Assembly: GCA_025353085.1 (NCBI GenBank)
Contig: JANXRI010000451.1
Coordinates: 1-36,048 of the forward strand
Reading direction: 5' to 3'
Length of the DNA stretch: 36,048 bases
From: Betaproteobacteria bacterium
GTDB taxonomy: Bacteria; Pseudomonadota; Gammaproteobacteria; Burkholderiales; SG8-41
A program made the position numbers and the translations under genes. Of this stretch, positions 28,929-36,048 are shown piece by piece. Below the pieces are notes generated by a model. The model saw only the letters and a program-made list of their open reading frames with translations. It was not told where the DNA came from and made no database searches. Positions within the stretch are counted from its first letter, which is position 1; the number at the start of each line of letters is the position of its first letter.

Positions 28929-29975
28929 GTGCAGGGCGCGACCTTCGCGAGCAAGGTCGTGCAATGGCAACAACTGCATGGTCGGCATGATTTGCCATGG
29001 CAGAAATCGCGCGATGCCTACCGCATCTGGTTATCAGAGATCATGCTGCAGCAAACCCAGGTCTCGACCGTCATTCCTTATTTTCAGCGCTGTCTCGAGC
29101 GCTTCCCCGATATCAAATCGCTCGCTGCAGCGGCGCAGGATGACGTGCTCGCGCTATGGAGCGGGCTCGGCTACTACTCGCGGGCGCGAAATTTGCATCG
29201 CGCTGCACAGCAAGTGTTGGCTGAACACGGCGGGCAGATTCCGCGCGAATTCACCGCGTTGATTGCGTTGCCGGGGATAGGGCGCTCGACGGCCGCAGCC
29301 ATCGCAGTATTTGCATTCGGCGCGCGTCACGCCATTCTCGACGGCAACGTGAAGCGCTTGTTCGCGCGCCGTTTCGGCATTGCCGGGTATCCCGGCGACG
29401 CCAAAGTGATGATCACTCTATGGCGAGAGACCGAGCGACAGTTGCCGTCGCGCAATATCAAGTCGTATACACAAGGCCTCATGGATTTGGGCTCGACCAT
29501 CTGCAAACGCACGCGACCGCGCTGTGAACTTTGCCCGGTAGCGTCCGCCTGCATTGCACGCAAGACCGATACGATCAAGCAATTCCCCGCGCCACGGCCA
29601 CGCAAAACACTGCCGCAACGGCACACGCAAATGCTGGTGCTGTTGCATGCGAAACAGGTGCTGCTCGAGAAGCGCGCGCCCACCGGGATTTGGGGCGGCA
29701 TGTGGAGCCTGCCGGAAGCTGCGGCGGGCGTCGATATCGTTGCTCTGTGCAAACAGCGCTTCGGCGCGAGCGTCGCGATGCAGCAGGCGATGCCGGTGCT
29801 CGCTCACGGCTTCACGCACTTCAAGCTCGATATCGCGCCGCAGCGCTTGCTCATCAGTGATATCGCGCCGCATGCCGCTGCGCCCGGCGTAAGCTGGTTG
29901 CCGATCGAAGATGCGCTCGGCGCGGCGATTCCAGCGCCGGTAAAACGAATTTTGCTCGCGATCCAGGCAGACTGA
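28929..29975 (+). CDS. mutY: A/G-specific adenine glycosylase (start approximate)
   Basis: GRHDLPWQ, WLSEIMLQQTQV, GLGYYSRARN, LPGIGRSTA, LDGNVKR, Fe-S motif C-X6-C-X2-C-X5-C. Confidence 0.95.
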   Translation: MQGATFASKVVQWQQLHGRHDLPWQKSRDAYRIWLSEIMLQQTQVSTVIPYFQRCLERFPDIKSLAAAAQDDVLALWSGLGYYSRARNLHRAAQQVLAEHGGQIPREFTALIALPGIGRSTAAAIAVFAFGARHAILDGNVKRLFARRFGIAGYPGDAKVMITLWRETERQLPSRNIKSYTQGLMDLGSTICKRTRPRCELCPVASACIARKTDTIKQFPAPRPRKTLPQRHTQMLVLLHAKQVLLEKRAPTGIWGGMWSLPEAAAGVDIVALCKQRFGASVAMQQAMPVLAHGFTHFKLDIAPQRLLISDIAPHAAAPGVSWLPIEDALGAAIPAPVKRILLAIQAD

Positions 29976-30108
29976 TTGTTTTATTCAAATTTGTCGCAGC
30001 GCTTCCCGTGCTGAGCCGGGCCGGTAATATCGGCAACGATGCGAGTCACCGGTGTATCCTTGGAACTTATTGAGCGTTTCATGATGGATGACAATCGGAA
30101 CGCTCAAT

Positions 30109-30142
30109 CCCTCACCCCGGCCCTCCCAAAGGAGAGGGTGAG
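30109..30142. repeat. REP-like GC-rich palindrome
   Basis: CCCTCACCCCGGCCCTCCCAAAGGAGAGGGTGAG resembles the common proteobacterial CCCTCACCCC..CCCTCTCCC...GGGAGAGGG repeat; single copy in this window. Confidence 0.55.
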
Positions 30143-30256
30143 AATGGCACTAACCCGCTGTTGCGAATTAGTGAAACATCAACAATCGACTCTAAGGCGT
30201 TCAATCCGGGATCGGCGATGCAGAAATAAGCGCGGAGCACGGCAGCCCAAAAATTT

Positions 30257-31012
30257 ATGGATCCGAACTGGATTGAAATCAGAGAGTGGCGCAAGCAGAA
30301 GCGCGCGGAACTGATCGCGCAACGCGAGGCGTTGGAAGCCGTCCGCCATCGCCAGATGAATGCCGCGATCAGCGCGCATATTGAAGCCGGCTTCACGCTG
30401 CTCTCGAACATGACTATCGGTTTTTGCTGGCCGTATAAAAGCGAATTCGACGCCCGTTTTGTGGTCAGGCACTTTCGTCAACTCGGCGCTGCCGCGGCGC
30501 TGCCGGTAGTAATCGCGAAGGCTCAACCGCTGCAATTTCGCGCATGGTGGCCGGGCGCGCCTATGATGAAGGGCGTCTATGACATTCCGATTCCCGATGG
30601 CACTGCATTGGTAGTACCGGATGCGGCCATTGTGCCGATGATCGGCTTTGACGCGCAGGCTTACCGCTTGGGCTACGGCGGCGGCTATTTCGATCGCACG
30701 CTCGATGCTGCCTCGCCGCGACCGTTGGCGATCGGCGTCGCATTCGAATTTGCGGGGCTGCCGACGATACGGCCGCAACCGCATGACGTGCCGATGGATT
30801 TCGTCGTGACCGAAGCGGGCATCTATGTTGCAAAGAATGCCGAACTGGCGCGTATCAGCGCGGAGGTCTGCCGCGAACGCGCGCAGCAACTGTGCCAGCA
30901 GCGGGGCCTGCCGCGCCCGCGCTCACAACCCGCCGGCGGGTATGCATCGCCGCCGTGTTATGCCGGCGAATTTCCAGGCTACTTCGGCGAGAGCGATGAA
31001 ACGAAGCACTAG
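30257..31012 (+). CDS. 5-formyltetrahydrofolate cyclo-ligase with C-terminal extension
   Basis: VPMIGFDAQAYRLGYGGGYFDRTL, PHDVPMDFVVTE. Confidence 0.9.
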   Translation: MDPNWIEIREWRKQKRAELIAQREALEAVRHRQMNAAISAHIEAGFTLLSNMTIGFCWPYKSEFDARFVVRHFRQLGAAAALPVVIAKAQPLQFRAWWPGAPMMKGVYDIPIPDGTALVVPDAAIVPMIGFDAQAYRLGYGGGYFDRTLDAASPRPLAIGVAFEFAGLPTIRPQPHDVPMDFVVTEAGIYVAKNAELARISAEVCRERAQQLCQQRGLPRPRSQPAGGYASPPCYAGEFPGYFGESDETKH

Positions 31013-31022
31013 GGACGAAGCG

Positions 31023-31646
31023 CTACGGCCTGATCGAGCGCAGGCCCTGCGCTGACAGAATTTCGCCTAACTGCGACAGCCGCGCCTGCGGATCTGTGAG
31101 GCGCAAAAGTTGCTGTTTTACTTTCAGGCTGATCGGCAGCACTTCACTCAAGCGATAGCCTATCCACGCGGCGTTATTGAAACGATGCGGCGATGGAAAA
31201 TGTTCGGCGCCGATTTTCTCGATGATGGCTTTAAGCACGTCGCTGCACAGCGTTTCTGCGGGCGCCACTTCAGAGTCTTGCGCCTGGCACTCAATTGTCG
31301 CGGAGATCAACCCGTTCTTTTCCACTTCCGTGGCCACAATGCGAAACCGCCGCACGCCTTCGACTTGCAGATGAAACACCCCCAATTGCGGCATATCCCA
31401 GTGCACGATGCGCGCGAGACATCCGATGTCTTGAGGCACCGCGGGCGTGCCGGTTTCGCGGCCTTCCTTGATGAGGCACACACCAAACGGCCGCTCCTCG
31501 CTGATGCACCGTTTCGTCATTTCAATATACCGCTGCTCGAAAATCTTGAGCGGCAGGGCGCCGCCTGGAAATAGCACCGTATTCAGCGGAAATATAAAGG
31601 TCCGCGCGCTGTCTTCGAGTGTCGATGCAGGTATTTTTTCGCTCAT
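31023..31646 (-). CDS. LON peptidase substrate-binding (N-terminal) domain protein (start 31646)
   Basis: [40 protein letters not shown]; ATG overlaps the rapZ stop. Confidence 0.88.
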   Translation of the reverse strand: MSEKIPASTLEDSARTFIFPLNTVLFPGGALPLKIFEQRYIEMTKRCISEERPFGVCLIKEGRETGTPAVPQDIGCLARIVHWDMPQLGVFHLQVEGVRRFRIVATEVEKNGLISATIECQAQDSEVAPAETLCSDVLKAIIEKIGAEHFPSPHRFNNAAWIGYRLSEVLPISLKVKQQLLRLTDPQARLSQLGEILSAQGLRSIRP

Positions 31647-32482
31647 ATTGAAAGTTCGCGGTGCCGAACCAGCACGCGGCGAGCAGCCCGAAAATTTTCC
31701 GCCAGCTTCTCGACGAAATAAACCGACCGATGCTCGCCGCCAGTGCAGCCGATCGCGACAGTCACGTAACTGCGGTTGTCGGCAACGAAACAGGGTAGCC
31801 AATTCTGGACGAAATCACGTATATCGGCGTACATCCGGCCGACATTGGCGTTGGCCTCCAGAAAATCGACAACCGCACGGTGTTTGCCGGTCAACGGGCG
31901 CAAAGCGGGATCGTAAAATGGATTGGGCAGGCAGCGAACGTCGAACACAAAGTCGGCGTCGAGGGGAATGCCGTGCTTGTAACCGAACGACTGAAACAGC
32001 AGAGTCAGGCCCGAATGATCGGACTCGACAAACTCTTTGATCCATGCGCGCAGTGCGCTCGGATTTAATTCACTGGTGTCGATATGATGCGACTCGGCGC
32101 CGATATCGGCGAGTAACTCGCGCTCGCGCGCGATGCATTCGCCGACCGTGAGTTCGCCAGCGCTCAACGGATGGCGCCGCCGTGTTTCGGAGAAGCGTTT
32201 CAACAGCGTTTCGGTTTTGGCTTCGAGGAATAACACCCGAACGCCGACGCCTCGCGCCTTCAGGTCGCGCACGTGCTGCGGCAGATCGCTCAGGGTGCCG
32301 CCGCTGCGAGCGTCGATGCTGACGGCGACGCGCGCATAACCGGCTTCGCGCAGAAACCCGACCATGTCGGGCAGCAGTTTGGCCGGCAGGTTATCGGTGG
32401 TGTAGAAGGCGCCGTCTTCGAGCACCTTGAGCGCGACGCTTTTGCCGGACCCCGAAAGTCCGGTGATGATGACGAGTTGCAT
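31643..32482 (-). CDS. rapZ: RNase adapter RapZ
   Basis: [52 protein letters not shown]. Confidence 0.95.
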   Translation of the reverse strand: MQLVIITGLSGSGKSVALKVLEDGAFYTTDNLPAKLLPDMVGFLREAGYARVAVSIDARSGGTLSDLPQHVRDLKARGVGVRVLFLEAKTETLLKRFSETRRRHPLSAGELTVGECIARERELLADIGAESHHIDTSELNPSALRAWIKEFVESDHSGLTLLFQSFGYKHGIPLDADFVFDVRCLPNPFYDPALRPLTGKHRAVVDFLEANANVGRMYADIRDFVQNWLPCFVADNRSYVTVAIGCTGGEHRSVYFVEKLAENFRAARRVLVRHRELSI

Positions 32483-32507
32483 GCGGGGTGTCGTCGGCGC
32501 CTGCTGG

Positions 32508-33452
32508 TTACTGGATATCGTTTTTCATTTGCAGTGCCTGACGCTCGATGAATTCGCGCGTGCTGTCGATGCCGCGCAATTGCAATACATGGTTGCGCAC
32601 CGCGGCTTCGACCAATACTGCCAGGTTGCGGCCGGCTGCCACCGGTATGGTGACTTTGCTGATGCTGACGCCGAGGATTTCAAGCATGCCCGGCTTGAGC
32701 GGCAGGCGATCAACATACTGCGTCTCGCTGCCGGCGGGCTTTTCGAGCTGCACGATCAATTTCATGTTCTTGCGCGGTCGCAACGCGGCCTCCCCGAATA
32801 TAGTGCGGATGTTGAGCACACCCAGGCCGCGCACTTCCAGGAAATCGCACAGCAATAGCGGGCACCGGCCTTCGAGCGTTTCGGGCGCGATTCTGTAAAG
32901 TTCGATGACGTCATCAGCGATCAGGCCGCTGCCACGGCTGATCAGCTCGAGCGCGAGTTCGCTTTTGCCCACGCCGCTGTCGCCCGTGATCATGACGCCC
33001 ATGCCGAGCACATCGAGAAACACGCCATGCATGGTGGTCGATTCGGCCAGCGCACGCGCGAGGTAGGGCCGCAGAAGCCACATGAGCTCGACGCTTTCGA
33101 GCGGCGACGCGAGCAGCGCAACATGCAGGGTATCGGCAAGCGTGCCCAGATGCCCGGGCGGCGCCTCGCCGCCGGCGACGATGATGCAGGCCAAGTCGGA
33201 AGTCGCGAGCTGGTGCAGCGTCTGTTGCCGCATGACTGTATCGAGCGCGTTAAGGTGATCGATCTCCGGCCGGGCGAGTATCTGTATCCAGTTCGGATGG
33301 ATGAAATTGAGGTGCCCGATCAGGCCGCCGCGCGAACCTTTCTGGTGGGCGCTGTCGAGCGTCTTGATGCCGCCATCGCGCCCCGCGATCCACGTGAGGC
33401 GCAGCTTGTCACGATTGTCGTCAAACAGCTGCGCTACGCTGATTTGCGGCAT
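32508..33452 (-). CDS. hprK: HPr kinase/phosphorylase (start 33452)
   Basis: [44 protein letters not shown]. Confidence 0.95.
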   Translation of the reverse strand: MPQISVAQLFDDNRDKLRLTWIAGRDGGIKTLDSAHQKGSRGGLIGHLNFIHPNWIQILARPEIDHLNALDTVMRQQTLHQLATSDLACIIVAGGEAPPGHLGTLADTLHVALLASPLESVELMWLLRPYLARALAESTTMHGVFLDVLGMGVMITGDSGVGKSELALELISRGSGLIADDVIELYRIAPETLEGRCPLLLCDFLEVRGLGVLNIRTIFGEAALRPRKNMKLIVQLEKPAGSETQYVDRLPLKPGMLEILGVSISKVTIPVAAGRNLAVLVEAAVRNHVLQLRGIDSTREFIERQALQMKNDIQ

Positions 33453-33906
33453 GAGGTTGCCATTCGGCAATCGACTGGTGCATGGCTTCGGCAGACGCCG
33501 ACTTGAGCAATTGCTCGCGAAACGCGTGATCGCTGAACATTTGTGCGAGCTCGCTCAGGATTTGCAGATGTAGATCGGTCGCCCGCTCGGGCACCAGCAA
33601 TACGAAGATGAGATTAACCGGCAGGCCGTCAGGGGCGTCGAATGGAATCGGTTCGTGCATGCGAATCAGCGCGCCGACGGCCTCTTTCAGCCCCTTGATA
33701 CGCCCGTGCGGAATTGCGATGCCCTGGCCCAGGCCGGTCGAGCCCAGTTTTTCCCGCGCAAAAAGACTGTCGAAGACCTGGCTGCGCGCAACGTTTTGAT
33801 TGTTTTCGAACAACAAGCCGGCGTGCTCGAACACGCGTTTTTTGCTGCCGACGTCGAGATCGGCCACTACATTCTGGCTTGGTAGAAGTGTGGCGATAAG
33901 ATTCAT
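33421..33906 (-). CDS. ptsN: PTS IIA(Ntr) nitrogen regulatory protein (start 33906)
   Basis: SKKRVFE, REKLGSTGLGQGIAIPHGR, FDAPDG.PV. Confidence 0.95.
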   Translation of the reverse strand: MNLIATLLPSQNVVADLDVGSKKRVFEHAGLLFENNQNVARSQVFDSLFAREKLGSTGLGQGIAIPHGRIKGLKEAVGALIRMHEPIPFDAPDGLPVNLIFVLLVPERATDLHLQILSELAQMFSDHAFREQLLKSASAEAMHQSIAEWQPHAANQRSAAV

Positions 33907-33972
33907 AGTGGTTAAGTTAGCAGCACGCAGCGGGGATGCAGGGTGGGACGATGGCACGCACGCGGCGGCGCG

Positions 33973-34299
33973 TCAATCTTCGCTGACCTCACGCCCCGGT
34001 TCGCGCCCGCCCCGATGCTCATTATTGCGTTCCTTGTGCTTGAGGATCTGGCGGTCGAGTTTGTCGACCAGCGCATCAATCGCTGCATACATGTCGGCGT
34101 CGGCGCATTCGACGAAAATGTCTTTGCCGCTGAGGTGCACATTGGCTTCGATTTTCTGGGTGAGCTTTTCCACCGACACGATCACGTTGACGTCGATGAC
34201 GTGATCGAAGTGACGCGTGATTCGCGTAAATTTGCTGGTGACATAGTCGCGTATTGCGGGGGTAACCTCGACATGATGACCGCTCAGATGAAGATTCAT
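33973..34299 (-). CDS. hpf: Ribosome hibernation promoting factor
   Basis: SGHHVEVTPAIRDYV, DMYAAIDALVDKLDRQ; follows rpoN. Confidence 0.93.
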   Translation of the reverse strand: MNLHLSGHHVEVTPAIRDYVTSKFTRITRHFDHVIDVNVIVSVEKLTQKIEANVHLSGKDIFVECADADMYAAIDALVDKLDRQILKHKERNNEHRGGREPGREVSED

Positions 34300-34351
34300 A
34301 CAATCACTCCTCGGTTAGGTTGCGGTATTTCAGATTGCGGCTTGCGGGATA

Positions 34352-35797
34352 TCACAGCGACTTACGAAGATTGACCGGCAATATCTGCATAGATTCCCGA
34401 TATTTCGCGACGGTGCGCCGCGCGACGACGATGCCTTGCTGGCCGAGAATTTCAGATATCTGGCTGTCGGACAACGGTTTTTTGCCGTTCTCTGCACTGA
34501 CGAGCTGCTTGATCAACGCGCGGATCGCCGTACTCGACGCCGAGCCGCCCGTGTCGGTCGTGACGTGGCTGCCAAAAAAATACTTAAGTTCGTAGATGCC
34601 GCGCGCCGTGAACATGAACTTCTGGGTGGTTACACGCGACACGGTCGATTCATGCAGATCGAGGGTGTCCGCGATTTCGCGCAGCACCAGCGGCCGCATC
34701 GCCACTTCCCCATGCTCGAAGAAGTGGCGCTGGCGGTCGACGATCGCCTGGGATACACGCAATATGGTATCGAAGCGCTGCTGCACATTTTTGATCAACC
34801 AGCGGGCTTCCTGAAGCTGGCCGGCGAGCTGCTGGTGTCCCGCGTCGCGATTGCGCTGCAAAATGTCGGCGTACAACCGGTTGATGCGCAGTTTCGGCAT
34901 CGCGTCGGGATTAAGGGCGGCGAGCCACACACCTTTCAATTTTTTGACGATCACGTCAGGCACGATATAGCGGGTATCGCCCGACGAAAAACTAGCACCC
35001 GGACGCGGATTGAGACTGGTGATCAGGTTCTTGACGCCGCGCAGAACCGCGTCCTCGCAACGTAATACTTTTTTCAGCTTCAAAAAATCGCGCGCGGCCA
35101 GCACGTCGAGATGGTTTGTCACGATCTCGATCGCATGCCCGCGATACGGCGTGGCAGAGGGCAGGGTCTCCAATTGAAGCCTGAGACATTCGCCGAGCGT
35201 GCGCGCGCCCACGCCCGGCGGGTCGAGATTCTGCAGGTGCCTTAGCGCAACCTGCAGATCCTCGATTTCGATATTGAGTTCGGGCGGCAGCAACTCGATG
35301 AGTTCAGCTAAATCCTGATGGAGATAGCCGTGATCATCCAGCGAATCGATAAGCAGTGTGACGAGTCGTTGGTCGTGATCCGGGATTTGGGTCAACGACA
35401 ACTGCGAGATCAGATGCTCGCGCAATGACGGCGTTTCAGCAGCAACCTGCGGGTATTCGATTTCATCGTTGTCGTCGCGGGTGCCGCCGTGGCTGTAGTC
35501 TTCTTCAAAACCAGGTGTGTCGGCGCTGCCATGCGTGTCGCTGGCAGTCGTGTCGGCTACCGTGTCGCTTGGCGTTGCAGGTGCGGTGTTCGTCGTAAAG
35601 TCGCTACTGCCGGGGGAGGGCACCACGGGTTCTTCGCGCAGACCGTCTTCGCGTTCCAGCAACGGGTTGTCCTGCAGGAATTTCTCAATCTCCTGATTGA
35701 GCTCCAGCGTCGACAGTTGCAGCAGCCGGATGGATTGCTGCAATTGCGGCGTCAGCGTTAAATGCTGGGACAGCCTGAGTTGTAGCGAATGCTTCAT
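34352..35797 (-). CDS. rpoN: RNA polymerase sigma-54 factor
   Basis: LTPQLQQSIRLLQLS, HESTVSRVT, RpoN box ARRTVAKYRE. Confidence 0.98.
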   Translation of the reverse strand: MKHSLQLRLSQHLTLTPQLQQSIRLLQLSTLELNQEIEKFLQDNPLLEREDGLREEPVVPSPGSSDFTTNTAPATPSDTVADTTASDTHGSADTPGFEEDYSHGGTRDDNDEIEYPQVAAETPSLREHLISQLSLTQIPDHDQRLVTLLIDSLDDHGYLHQDLAELIELLPPELNIEIEDLQVALRHLQNLDPPGVGARTLGECLRLQLETLPSATPYRGHAIEIVTNHLDVLAARDFLKLKKVLRCEDAVLRGVKNLITSLNPRPGASFSSGDTRYIVPDVIVKKLKGVWLAALNPDAMPKLRINRLYADILQRNRDAGHQQLAGQLQEARWLIKNVQQRFDTILRVSQAIVDRQRHFFEHGEVAMRPLVLREIADTLDLHESTVSRVTTQKFMFTARGIYELKYFFGSHVTTDTGGSASSTAIRALIKQLVSAENGKKPLSDSQISEILGQQGIVVARRTVAKYRESMQILPVNLRKSL

Positions 35798-35842
35798 GGC
35801 CCCGAGAGAATGTGCGGCGCGTCGCGATGAGTGCTTAAACTT

Positions 35843-35875
35843 AAAAGAAAAAAGAGCCGCCGGCGCGCAGGCCGG
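35843..35875 (-). terminator. Possible weak intrinsic terminator between lptB and rpoN
   Basis: Minus strand CCGGC-CTGCGC-GCCGG hairpin followed after 6 nt by a long T-rich run; stem is short. Confidence 0.35.
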
Positions 35876-35895
35876 GAGTGGACTGTAGAGCGTAT

Positions 35896-36048
35896 CTACA
35901 ACCGGAAATGCTCTCCGAGATAGACCTTTCTCACGCTGTCATTATAAACGATTTCGTCAGGTTTTCCGTAGGCGAGCACGCTGCCGTCGTTGATAATATA
36001 AGCGCGGTCGCAGATGCCCAATGTCTCGCGCACGTTGTGATCGGTGAT
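35896..36048 (-). CDS. lptB: LPS export ABC transporter ATP-binding protein, 3' end only
   Basis: Manual translation [50 protein letters not shown]; lptB-rpoN synteny. Confidence 0.95.
   Translation of the reverse strand: MTDHNVRETLGICDRAYIINDGSVLAYGKPDEIVYNDSVRKVYLGEHFRL

Noticed and set aside
30000-30256. Canonical 6S RNA (ssrS) and the 91-aa ORF at 30039
   Set aside because: Position is suggestive, but I cannot see the long rod with a central bubble and zapA is absent. The ORF runs through palindromes. Kept only as an unassigned structured element.
1-36048. CRISPR array or rRNA
   Set aside because: No regularly spaced repeat-spacer pattern and no rRNA-like sequence seen.

Overview
GC-rich betaproteobacterial chromosome segment (taxonomy inferred from gene content and order), mostly housekeeping. 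In order: the end of an IS66-family element; glrK-qseG-glrR followed by a GlrR/sigma54-type promoter driving two small envelope genes; spoT-rpoZ-gmk-yicC; rph-rdgB-hemW; ABM and Bug genes; trmB-thiG-thiS; a PQQ dehydrogenase/cytochrome c/YncD(PqqU)-like receptor operon; two methyltransferases and a glycosyltransferase pseudogene; tRNA-Gly(CCC); asmA-mutY; 5-formyl-THF cyclo-ligase; and the lptB-rpoN-hpf-ptsN-hprK-rapZ operon. An accessory patch (about 21.3-26.5 kb) sits just 5' of the tRNA. It holds an intact Cyc2-type cytochrome-porin plus diheme c4 cytochrome pair behind a perfect FNR box (candidate anoxia-induced Fe(II)-oxidation or extracellular electron-transfer module), an internal mgtA fragment, and an AT-rich orphan HxsC radical SAM gene that has lost its start. 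All family calls come from motif recognition by eye; no database searches were run.
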